A stretch of DNA of 64,000 bases. It comes from Cyanophora paradoxa CCMP329. Its lineage: Eukaryota > Plantae > Glaucophyta. The notes beneath the pieces are model-generated. The model saw only the letters and a program-made list of their open reading frames with translations. It made no database searches and was not told the DNA's origin. A program made the translations under genes and the position numbers. The stretch spans positions 41,782 through 105,781 of the forward strand of contig QPMI01000148.1 of the NCBI GenBank assembly GCA_004431415.1, given 5' to 3'. Numbering within the stretch: the stretch's first letter is position 1; each line of letters opens with the position of its first letter. Shown one piece after another: positions 39,233 through 50,693 of the stretch.

Positions 39233-40067
39233 CGCCAACGCCGCGCCGCCGGCCAACCTGCAGAAGCGGCGGCTTAGCTACGCGCGGGCTGCAGCTGGGC
39301 GCTTCAGGGACGTCTGCAAGAAGCAGCGCACTCACCACGCAAGCGGGGCCTCCTGCTCAGGGCCGGTTGCGGGCGTCCTCGATAAGGCTCGCAACCTGCC
39401 CCGTCATGCCGAGGGCAAGCAGGCGGCCATGGGATCTCCAACTTCCGAGAACTCTGGCAGCTGGTGTACGCTCACGCGTGCTAGGTCCGCCCGCAATTCG
39501 CCGGGTGCCGTCCACGCTGCAGGCTGGCGTGGCCCGGTTCGAGCACGCCGCGTTTCTGCTCTAACGAAGATCTCCTTCCGCCGATGTTCCGCGTGCAAGC
39601 AGACCCCCGCCGTCAGCGCGAGACCGTACCCCGCTCGGAGCCGCCCGTACCCCGCTCATGACCGCTAGTGTGACAAAGGCTGCTGTGTGTCCGGCGCTTT
39701 GTTTGGACGTTCTCTTCGGAGGTAAGCATGGCCGAGCTCTTTCTGTTTCCGAGCAGCAGGCGAGCTGTGACGCTGTGACGGCCAGGTGACCACTGACCAG
39801 CCGCAGACTGTAGCCGGTAGCCGCAGACCACTGTCGCGAGTCAGCAGTCAACAGTTAACGTACGTAGGCGATCCGTCGACGGTGCGCGAGTCAGCAGCGC
39901 GACGCTGGGCGGGCGCAAAGCCTGCTTCCATTAGTTGCCCCTGCAATCTCCCCATAGGCCGCCGTACGAGTTCGCTCCCCCGAGCCGCGACTCGGGACCC
40001 GCCGGGCGGGGCGGGGGCTCGCTAGCGCTCCCCGCTGCGCGCTTCTGCCGCTGACAGCTCCGCAGGC

Positions 40068-42595
40068 ATGGGCAAGGGGTGGATCCCCGCCGTAGGGAAG
40101 CTGGACCTTGGGGGGGAGGGGCGGACGGAGTGGCCGGCGGCGGAGATCGCGGCGGCGGGGCCGGAGACATCCGCGTGCTCGACCTCAGCTTCAACAAGCT
40201 CACGCGCATCCCGGGGGCCGAGCTCGCCAAGCTGACGAACCTGGAGAAGCTGTACACGACCAGGAACCAGCTTCGAGCGCTGCCGCTGGAGATCGGTCAC
40301 CTTGCCGCCCTGAAGGAGCTGCGCGTGAGCGGCAACAAGCTGGCGGCGCTGCCGCCGGAGATCGGCCGACTTACGGCCTTGAAGCAGCTGTATGCGCACA
40401 GCAACCAGCTGACAGCGCTGCCGCTGGAGATCGGCCGCCTCGGCGCTCTGGAGCTGCTGCGTGCGGATGGAAACCCCGTCGTGGACTCGTGGCCCGAGCC
40501 CGTCCGTCGCACCGTCAACGACAACAAAGGACCGTGGGGCTCAGACGATGCTGCTGCCGCTTCCGGGAAAGCGCAGTGCACCGCTGTCGTGCCCTACCTC
40601 CGCTCCCTCTCCGCCCCCGCCCCCGCGGTGCGCCGCGGCGACTCGCCCCCGCGCATCGCTCCTCACCCCCGCCGCAGGCCCTTCCAGCCCCCTCGCCCGA
40701 TTTCTGCCCTCCTGCCGCACTGGTTCCTTCGGTCGCCTCGTCCGCCACCGCGATGCCAGCTGCCGCCGCCGAGGTACTCCGTGCCCCGCCGCCCCTGCGC
40801 CCCGTTTCTCATCCCTCGCCGCAGCCCGCCCCAACCGTGCCCCCTGCACCCGCAACCCCGGCCCGCCCCGGCCGCCCGGCGTCCCGGCACGCTCTGCGCT
40901 CTCCAGCTTCCCCAGCCACCCAAGTCGCCCCGGCTCCTGGTCCTGCTGATGCGAGCCCGTCAGCGCCTGCTGCCGCCGCCGCCCACCACCAGCAGGACCA
41001 CGGGCCAGCCCCTCAGCAGGCACCCGGGCAGCCTTCTCCGGCGGGCGACGTGCGCTCGTCCCCGAACCCTCCGACCCCTCTGGCCCCCGGTCCGTCCTCC
41101 CCACTCATGCTCTCTGGCTTCAGCCTGCGACGCTGCCCGCCTCGCCAGCCGCACAGCAGCCCCAGGTCCCCAAAAAGGCACCTCCCCGGCTTCCCTCTGC
41201 TTCGGCCGTCCCAGCCCCCTGTCCGCCCTCCCCGCCCGCTTGCCCGCGCTCTGGAGCCTCCGATGCGAGCCCGCCGTGCAGCGCGCCCTCAGCCGGCCGC
41301 CCAGCGTCCCAAGCAGGCGCCGAAGCCGGCGCCCCCGCGGGCCCCCCCGGGGGGCGACGTGCGCTCCTGGAGCGAGGACGACGTCGTCGCGTGGGTCCGC
41401 TCCCGCGGCCAGATCGCCGAGTGCGCCGCGCCGAGCCGCCCAGCCTCGCCCCTTCCAAAGCCTGAGGCGGCGGCAGGTTCGCGGGGGCCTTCCGCTACAC
41501 GAACGGCGTCGGCCTTCTTGCTCTGGGCGACAGCGAGCTCGAGCAGATGGGCGTATCGCACTTCGGCGCACGCCACCGCCTCCTCGCCGAGATCGCCGCC
41601 CTCCGCGGCGGCCAACCCGCGGCCGCTCCCGACAACGGCCCCACTTTGCTCGCCCCCACTTCCCGGCCCCAACGGCCCCTCCCTCCGGGCTACGAGTACC
41701 ACGTCTTGTGCGCATGCATATGGCCTAGGCCACGCGCCTGATAAACTCGCTCGCTAATGGGGCGCAGCATTACGTACCGGCGGTTTCATGGCAAGAACTA
41801 CCTCGCGTCGCTCGTTCACGATGCGTTGGACCATGCCGGGTGCGGCCGCCGGCGCCGGTCCCGCGCCCCGCGCACTGCCCCTGACACGGCAGTAGCTACA
41901 AGGTCTTCCTCGACGTTCGAACGCTGCAGGGCGGCGTCTTCGACTCGAAGATCCTCCAATCCATCCGCGCCTCCTGCGTCGATGGTCCGACTCTGCATTG
42001 GAACCTCTTGCAAAGCTCCTGTGAGCCCGCCACGCGCGCAGTCTTCATCCTCGTGGACGGCACCCTCGAGCGCTGCAAGGAGCTTGACGACTGGTGCGCG
42101 GGCCGTGGCCGGGGGCCGTGGCCGGGGGCCGAGTCGCCTTTTCCTCTCCTCTGACCGCTGGCTGCGCGCAGGGTGCGCCGCGAGATCGCGGAGGCGTGCC
42201 ACCTCGGCAAGGTCGGTCCGCTGCTGCGCCGCATGGCCTGAACTGCCGGCGTCGGACTGACTCTTGCCTCGACCCACGGCCAGGCGATCATCCCCGTGGT
42301 GGACGACCCACAGCAACGCTTCCCGTCAACGGCCGGCCTGCCGCCCGACATGGCGAACTTCCCGCGCCACAACGCCCTCTTCTGGGTGAGCAACATGCAG
42401 GAGGAGTGCGTCGCCCGCCTCTGCCGCCACATCGACGCCGCCGTCGCAAACGTTAAGGTTCGCGTGGACGCTTCTGCTCCGAACCCTGCTGCTGCTGGGC
42501 TGACGCTGCCGCGGCAGCCCTTCGCGTCGCTGCCGGCGCCCCTCCCGCCGCCGGCGCCGGCCGCCGAGAAGAAGAATTCCTGCAGCGTCCAGTAA
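40068..42595 (+). CDS. LRR array copy C: LRR-SAM-TIR (SARM1-like) with C-terminal CaaX; 1-bp frameshift near 40167
   Basis: MGKGWIPAVGKLDL, five LRR strands; SAM DVRSWSEDDVVAWVRSRGQIAEFAGAFRYTNGVGLLALGDSELEQMGVSHFGARHRLLAEIAALR; TIR YHVFITYRRFHGKNYLASLVHDALDHAGYKVFLDVRTLQGGVFDSKILQSI...GTLERCKELDDWVRREIAEACHLGKAIIPVVD...LPPDMANFPRHNALFW; ends KKNSCSVQ*. Confidence 0.85.
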
Positions 42596-43517
42596 CCTGT
42601 CTGGTCTTTCTGACTACTTTATGCGTTTCTATCTGTTTGTTCATTCTTAGAAGACGGAGATGCAAATGTGTGAAAGAGCCCCTACGCAGTTGTAGTTTTC
42701 CTGCAGCTGGTTCACAGCGTTCATGTGCACGTGTGAATTTCGAAGTTCATAGTGTATGATGATTAATATATATTCTTCTGCGAGCTCTGTCAGAAGAGCC
42801 TAGTTTATGGTGCTGCTAGGCGTGACCATACGTGCTGTGCAGCTCTAGCAGGCTGGCGGCGAGAGCGGGCAGAGCTGGTATTCCAGGAGCAAGCACAAGT
42901 ACAGGGTACAAGTGTGTCACCCGGGGTGTGAGCCCGGGAGGGGTACATGAAAAGTAGTGGGGATCCAATCGGCGCACTCAATGCGAGCACTGCGGAGACT
43001 AAGGCCAAGCACTGCGAGTAGCGTGACTCGGGGTGCCGGCTCCTGACGGCACAAAGCCGTGGGGCAATATCTGATATCGATAAAGTGCGACGGTGTGGAC
43101 AGTGACTGGTACTCATGATCAGTGACTAGGCTCGGGCGAAGGCATGCGCAGGGCAGGCAGACGAAGGGGGGCGCCCGCGCCCGCGCCCGCGCCTGGGAAG
43201 GGGGAGCGGAGGAGGCCGGGGCGGGCACGCGCACCTCGGGGGCGGCGAGAGCAGCCGAGAGCCCTCAGACCAGCGATCGCCTTTGCCTGTACCCCCAAGC
43301 GCCTGTCCCGGCCCCGGACGCCTGGGAGCGGCCCGGGCCCGGGTTCCTGGGTCCCTAGGTCGGCCCCGGGTTCGACCCCCCAAGACGCCGCTTGCCGGGC
43401 AGGGGGTAGCCTAGTAGGACGGTGGGCGGGCCCTCTTGGGACCCGCCCCGAACGGCCCGCCGATATAGAGGTCCCAGCTATCCTATCCCGCTCTCACTGA
43501 AGTAAGAAGCGCGGTAC

Positions 43518-45041
43518 CCCGTTTGTCGACGCGCCGTGCCCGGTCCGCGATCGCCTTCACCTGTACCCCCGTCGGCCGTGTCAGAAGCGGGGAGCGACGG
43601 AAGGGGAGGGGTACACGCGCCTTGGCGCCATCGAGGCGCGCGTAGTAGCGGAAGATGTTCCGCACGGGGATGTAGTACCTGGGGGGTACGGGTGAGGGGC
43701 CGGGGGGGGGGAAGAGTTGGCTAGGAAGGGGTACGGACTCTTTGTGGAACATGCCCCGCAGCTGCGCGGGAGGGCGAGCAGGAGTGCAGGAATCAGGGGC
43801 GGGGATGGAGCCGAAAAGGGGTACGGGCGCTCGCCTCGTTGAGCTCCTCGTGGGGCACGTACCCCGAGCGCGTCCTCACCGTCTCGTCTGCCGAGGGGTA
43901 CGGGGTCGGAGGCGATCACGGGGTGCGGGGAGGGGCCGCACCCATGCGAGCGAGGCGCCACATTTCGGGGAAGTCGTCTATGATCTTGCGGATGGGGCGC
44001 GGCCTGCCCGCCCCGCGCGCCCCGCCTCAGTTATCCCCGTGCGGTGCCGAGCGGGCGGGCGGGCGAGTGCACCGAGCTTTGACGGGGTCCAGGTCAGCGA
44101 GGCGGCGGGTGCGCGTGCGGACGAGCCCGCCAAAGTCCAGCGACTGCCGCGGCTTCACCACTGCGCCCAAAGCGCTCAGCGGCCGTCGGCGGGCCCGGCG
44201 GGCGGCGGCGCTCGATCGGCGCCGGTCTAGTCGCTGGGACTGGCGGACCGGGATCCCAGAAGGGGCGGTCGCGACGGATATGCTCCACGGCGCTGCCGAA
44301 GCTGTGCGAGGCGCGCGGGTCGCCGTCGTTGTACGCCAGGCACACCAGCAGCTGCTCCGCCCCGTCCTGCGCCACGGCGCTCGGACCCGGGCGGGGACGG
44401 AGCGGCGCGGGGCGCGCCCGGTGCGGACCTTCCACATGCGCTTGTTGAGGGCCATTTCGCCGTGGCGGAGGTACAGGGCGCCGTCGGCGTGCGTCGAGCC
44501 GGCGCCGCCGCGCAGCCGCATCGTCCGCAGCAGCCCGATCGATTCCGACACCGCCTGCGACTCTGCCGCCCCGCCCCGCCCCGCCCCGTGAGGCCCCGGC
44601 GGCCCCCGCTGGCCCGCGGCTCCTGGCGGGGCGCCGCGGCGGGGCGGGGCGGGGCGGGGCGGGGGCGCACGGGAGCTGCGGCGGCTGAGCTGCGCCGGTG
44701 CGGTCGCCGCGCGGAAGTCCGCCGGGAAGGCCGGCAGCGAGAGGGCGGCGGGGGCCCGGCGGCCCCGGCGCCTCCGCCGCGCGCGTGAGCGTCAGCGCCG
44801 GCGGGGGCGGCGCGGCGGCCGCCCCCGCGCGGAAGGGGCTCGCTGGGGCCGTCGCGGGCGCGGAGGGCGGCGCCGGCGGCGCGTGGGAGGGGGAGGGCGG
44901 GAGGGTAGAGCCGGAGGCCGTTGGCGTGGCGGCCGCGGCGGCGGCGGTGCCCGCGCGGTCGTGGGAGGGGCCCGCGCTCGACGCTGCGACGTCGGCCGAC
45001 GCCGCCGCACCGTCGGCAGGCGCGTCCTCCTCAGAAGCCAT
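43518..45041 (-). pseudogene. Truncated duplicate of the 18288-28311 gene, unit 4
   Basis: MASEEDAPAD... to RNIFRYYARLDGAK/VKAIADRARRVDKR; the last exon lacks the GEEMYTVN segment. Confidence 0.8.
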
Positions 45042-46879
45042 CGCCAACGCCGCGCCGCCAACCTGCAGGAGCGGCGGCTTAGCTGCGCGCGGGCTGGGCG
45101 CTTCAGGGACGTCTACAAGAAGCAGTGCACTCACCGCGCGCGAGGGCTCCTGCTCAGGGCCGTTTGCCGGCGTTCTCGAGGTGGCTAGGCTCGCAAGCTC
45201 TCCCGTCAGGGCAAGGGCACGCAGGCGGCCATAATCTGATCTGATGGGCGGGTGTACGCAACACGGCGGGCGTTCGCGCTCCGCCCGCAATTCGCCGGAC
45301 GTTTGAGCGATCTATATGATCTCTTCCTGCCGGTGTTCCATGTGCAAGCAGATGCAGTGCAAGGAGCTGCCAAGGAGCTGCTACCGGCTGCTGAGGACTG
45401 CTGGTATATACTGCAGCTGTGAGGTTCGACTGAGGGCTTGGAGTGACATGCGCTGGTCGCGAACGCAGAGAAGCCGCGAAGCGGCGAACGAAGTGAGCTC
45501 TACCTGTCTGAATTCGAAGTTCGAGGAGGGTCCCTTTTTTTCGCTAACAAAAACGGGTACAAGATTCACAAAAACTCAATCGAAAGATACGTCGAGCGTC
45601 AGTCCAAAGTCGCCGTCACGGTAGTGTTTTGTGACGCCGTCACGCCCAGGTAATCATTACAAATGCATAAGATTAAGAATGGGCTAGGGCATAGTTTGCA
45701 GCGCAACGCGTTGCATGCGCCAAAGCTTGCGCAATCGGCCTTGGGGAAAGGAGAGGCCCTTAGGTCTGTTGGTATCTTGTCACAAATTTTAGAAAGCGAA
45801 ATTCGTATTTTTGAAGACACCTACTACCCCATTTTAGACCCTGGGGAGCACGATATCGATGGTCCGGCCCGTTTTCCTATGAGAGGCCTCTAATGGGCAG
45901 TAACAGCACCTCGAAAAGCACAGAAAAGCATTTTCCCGGAAAAAAACAGAAAGCGCAAATCACATTGGCCTTCCAAGTCGAAATTTGAAAATTATTAATT
46001 TCAAGAGACCGCACCTCATTCGCTAGCAAATAGTTTCCAAATTAACGGAGCGCCACATGGACGGCCAGCAAATTTGTATGAGACAGGGTCGCAGTGTGCC
46101 ACGATGTGGGATTTAAAAGTATTTGATGCGTTAGTTGAAAGATTATCAAAATAAACAATTTCGACATTTTTTTTTTGAGAGACTACGGTGGGGCGAACCC
46201 CCCGTAGGTAGTGATATTAAAGACAACAAAGCAATCACAAATCAAAGATACAGTAAACTAGCACAAAATATATACAGAATCAAGAGGGATCACGAGAAAG
46301 GACACGATCAGAAGAACGCAAAAGATAAGGAGAACGAGCACGAGGAGAAGGAGTAGAAGAGCTCAAGGGCGTCGATGCAGAAGTACTAGTCACACTAGAA
46401 CGACGAGGAGCACGGGGACGCAGCTTATTAATTATAACGACAGAGGCTTATTAATATTACTGCGAATTAAATTCAAATGATTCATAGATAATTATTAACC
46501 ACCTCCAATTTGGCAAAAAGCGCCGAAAGTCGTTTTAATTTCATTCAGCTGCGCATGCGACGACCAATGGGCCCCTCGGGGCCTGTACTCGGTACAATTG
46601 CGGCCGATTGGGCCCCGCATCGATATCTGTACCCTTGCGGCACAATTCTGTACACAATTCTGTGTACCCTTGCCTAGTGGACCCCCTGTTTCTCCTCCCC
46701 CCTCCCCCGTAACCGCGCGCGGTTGCGGCCGCGGGCGCCGGCCGCGGCCCCCGTTTAAAAACAAAGAGCTGCCACCCTCACGCCGCGAAGCCCCAAGACC
46801 CAAGGCCACTCCTGCTCCGCAGGGACTCGCTTGTTGCAAGCGCCGGAGTCGAGGGAACGTAGAGTTGATGTATCCCCAG

Positions 46880-47417
46880 TAGGGCTGTCGCGGTACGGCG
46901 CGGTAGCGGTAGACTGGTCCTACCGACCGGCCCGGTAGACTTGCCCGGTCTACCGTCATACAAGCCCGGTAGCCATACAAATTCGCCCGTTGGGGGGTAG
47001 CCGGGCGCGCCCCGGGCACCCGGCACGCTACGCATGCTGCATTCAATTCAATTCTAACATCTCTGTTTTCTTTAAGTTCATCTTCCTGCGCTCCTGCCTC
47101 GAGAATATTTAATGGCATCCGAATTTTCAAGAACAAGGTCATGGCTGACAACCACCCCGCACTATAGCTAGCTACTTCCTCACAACTGGGGCTCCTCGAT
47201 CACCCCGCAAGCACAAGCTGTAGATGCGCAAAGTAGCGTGTAAACAGTTTAGGCGCGTAGCGCCTTGGAGCTTGACGAATTTTAGCTTGATTTTGCGTCA
47301 GTTTTCGCGTACTATGCGTGCCAGCCGTGACCTACTGGGCGTACCCGGTCGGTACGGGTCAGAGAGGTCTACCGACCGGGTAGATCTAGAGGGGGGGGGT
47401 CTACCGTGACAGCCCTA
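46880..47417. mobile_element. 538-bp non-autonomous hAT-type element
   Basis: 16-bp TIRs tagggctgtcgcggta / taccgtgacagcccta (one mismatch); 8-bp TSD atccccag at 46872-46879 and 47418-47425; subterminal ctaccg/cggtag repeats. TAGGG termini with an 8-bp TSD are hAT hallmarks. Confidence 0.88.
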
Positions 47418-47835
47418 ATCCCCAGGTCGACCTGTCTAAGTACCCTGGTCGCAGCGCTTTCGACTGCTTTGCCGTCGGCGGGCTTTCGGAGGTCATCTTT
47501 GTGATCAGGTACGTCCGTTTTGAGAGGTCAGGTACGTTCGTCTTGAGATCCTATTGTGCCGTATTGCCGCAGGTCTCTGGACTCGGCACGTGGGGAACCA
47601 TGCCCAAGGAAGTCGCAGGTGCTGCGCATGCGAATTCGAAAGGCGTGAAATTAAACGAATGGTAGGCGCGCTTGCGATGTGATCGTGCCGACTACGCTCG
47701 GCTATCAGCGTTATCATCTCTTGCGGCTTCGCTCTTTCAGGAGATCTAGAGCTGCCCCGCAGATCGAAACCATTAGCATCTCCTCGTTAAGCACTAAAAC
47801 GCTATATATATAGCCGCGAACGCGCGCGCGTACGT

Positions 47836-48100
47836 GGGCGGAGGCGCGGCGGGCGGCAGCACGGCTCGCCGGGCGGGGCGCGCGTAGGCGCGGCGGGCGG
47901 CGGAGCGGCGCGCCGGGCGGGGCGGAGGCGCGGCGGGCGGCGGCACGGCTCGCCGGGCGGGGCGGATCCCGGAGGCGCGGAGGGCAGCGGCGCGGCTCGC
48001 CGGGCGGGGCGGAGGCGCGGCGGCAGGCGGCGGCACGGCTCGCCGGGCGAGGGCGTGGCTAGAACGCGGCGGGGCGGCGCGGGCCGGGGCGAGGCGCGGT
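47836..48100 (-). repeat. Degenerate ~40-bp GC minisatellite, same family as 63183-64000 in opposite orientation
   Basis: Units like ggctcgccgggcggggcggaggcgcggcgggcggc. Confidence 0.75.
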
Positions 48101-50693
48101 GGGCGCTATTAGAGTCAGGCGCCGGCGGCCTAGAAGCTGTCTTCACGTGTTGTTGGGGAAGGGAAAATCACTTCCCCTGTCCCTCTCCTTAGGGCCCAAC
48201 CCTACCCCAAATCCTGTTTCCCCGACCTCCTCAAAACCCCGGCCGCGCGGTATATCCTGAAAGCACATCCGAAGGGGACCCCGAAACCATGTCGCCCGGT
48301 CCCGTCCGACCAAAGGGTGATCCAGGAACGGGCACCAACTCCCGGGACAAAAACGGGTCCAGCGACGCATAGGGAGCAGATATACGAGCCAAACCAGTTC
48401 GAGGTCGTTGCACGCATCATGAACAACATTCCGTACAGCGGGAGCAAGGCCGGATGCGAGCGCGGTTGCGTGGGAGGACGCCGCGCGCCCTAGCCAATCA
48501 CATTAGAGAGTCAGTTAACTTACCCTGAGGAAAGTCTTTTCGCGGACCCCCCCGGCCGCTTTCTCCCTCCCGCCCTGGCCAGCGCTTTCTCCTAAGCTTC
48601 CCGACAGCCCGGCCGGCCGCGGCGCTCTCTGTCACGCGCGCCTCTCGCGCGCGCGGCAGTCTGCTGTAGCTAGCCGCGCCATGAACGCCACAGCCGCTCC
48701 AACCGCACGCACCCCGGTCGCAAGCCGGCCACAAGCCGGTCGCACTAGCTTGCGCCGTGGGGTCGACGTCGCATCAGGTTTGCCCGCGGCGCGCCAGCTG
48801 CGCAGGAGCCCGAGGCCATGTCCGCGCCGCGCAATGCCCCGGGCCCGCGCGCGTCCGCGCGCCGGGCGCCCGGCCGGCGCGGCAGTACGAGCTCGCGCGC
48901 GACGGCCGCGGGGCAATTGCAAGCGCATGCGCAGGTTGCGAACGTCTAGATCTGGCCATGGCCAGCAGCGCGCCTCGAGCTCCGATCCGATCGATCCGAT
49001 CATGCGCACTCGCAACACACGCACATGCCTACCTTCATGCACGGTGCGCTCGCAGCTACGCAGCGCCCCTTGGTACCAGTCTTTGCCCGCTCAGTTGCAT
49101 TATCTCGCCCTAGGCCCTCCGGTCCATTCGGCGTGTCCCGCAATCGCGCGCGTGACGTCGACGGCCTCGCGCTCGCGCGTGACGGGGCATGCGCAAGCGC
49201 AGGAGCAGACATGTACATCCACAAGGTTTGCGAGCCATCCCGGCCCACTGCGCCGCGTCCAACCTCTTCTAGCCTCCTCTTTCGAATTTTATATTTAGCC
49301 TCGAAAACAGCTCGCCTGCAGCTGGCGCCGGCCTGGCGTCGGATGGCCGCGGCCACCGCCTTCAAGGCTTCTGGACCGGAGCCTCGGAGCGCTAGCTCTG
49401 CTTTTCTTCTATTTGAATGGACGCAGCGGTCCTTCAAGATCTCTCTCTAGATTCCTTTCCTGCTCTCTAGATCTCCGGATTCAAGCCATCGCCCCAAATT
49501 CGCGAGTGACTTTCCCTTCCCCGGACCCCGCAGCGGCGTGCACGAGCACGACCCCTTCCGAGCGCGCGCCGCAGCGGGCCCTTTATAATTCAGAACGTTT
49601 AAATTTAACGTTAACCCCCCTTGCACATCCTGATCATGAGATCTAGACGAGCAGGGGCGGGCGGGGGCGAGTCGAAGACCTAGTATATGCATGCTGCAAT
49701 CACATAACTTAAGTTATAATTAGTAAAGGACTTGGTCGCCGATCCGGGCCGAGCCGAGGGCCGGGGTCGCGCGCTCCGCGCGCGACCCCGAGCTCGAGGG
49801 GAGGTCAATCAACGTTAACGTTGAAGGCATCAAGGCATCTTCGAATTAAAAATATTCAAGCTAGCGCTCGCGATCGCCGATCGCGAGTCGCGTATACGTA
49901 CTAGCTTTCACTGCGTTCGCCCCCACTTGCCATCGGCAAGAGGGCACTTGTACCCCTGCGCTCCATATTTACCAAACCGCAGCTAGGTTCGAAGCCGGCT
50001 GTTTTCTGGCATCGCCCGCCTCTCGCTACGCTCACATGCAGCTCACTCTTAGATCCCCGCCCCGCGCAGTGGACTTGCCGCCAGCAGACAGCGCGCGACC
50101 ATCGAGGAACTGCTGACCGCGTGGGCTCTATCGGTTCGGAAAGCTCGGCTCTGCATCGGCAAGGCGATCCTTCGAAGGTGAGCTCCTCCGGGTGGACGCA
50201 TGGCCTGGATTGCTGTCTAGTTGCCGCTGGGCGGATCCCGGTCTAGAATTTACGAATTGCTTCGCTCTGGGCTGCACGGGGCGCCGAGGAGCGTGCTAGG
50301 TCGCTTTCGGATCCCACCTAGCGACGCGGCGGGCGCGCGGGAGTCGGCTAAGATGCGGGGCGAGTATGTGTGGCCGGGCCTGTGGGGGGGGCTCCGCGCT
50401 CCGGCGTCGCTTGCTGCCTCGTTCGCCAACCCACGAACGGGGGGAGGGGGGGAGGACCCAGCGCGCGCCGGGGCGCGGAGGTGCAATCTCCCTTAGGCCG
50501 CCGTCGCTCCCCCGAGCCGCGACTCGGGCGGGGCGGGGCGGCCGGTAAAGGCAGAGCCCGGCGCGCGCGTGCACCGCCCCCTGCGGGAGGGGCTCAGCGC
50601 GGGTCGGGCGGCCCCCCGCAGGCTGGGGACCCGCCGGGCGGGGCGGGGGCGCGCTCCCCGCGGCGCGCTTCTGCCGCTGACCGCCCCGCAGGC

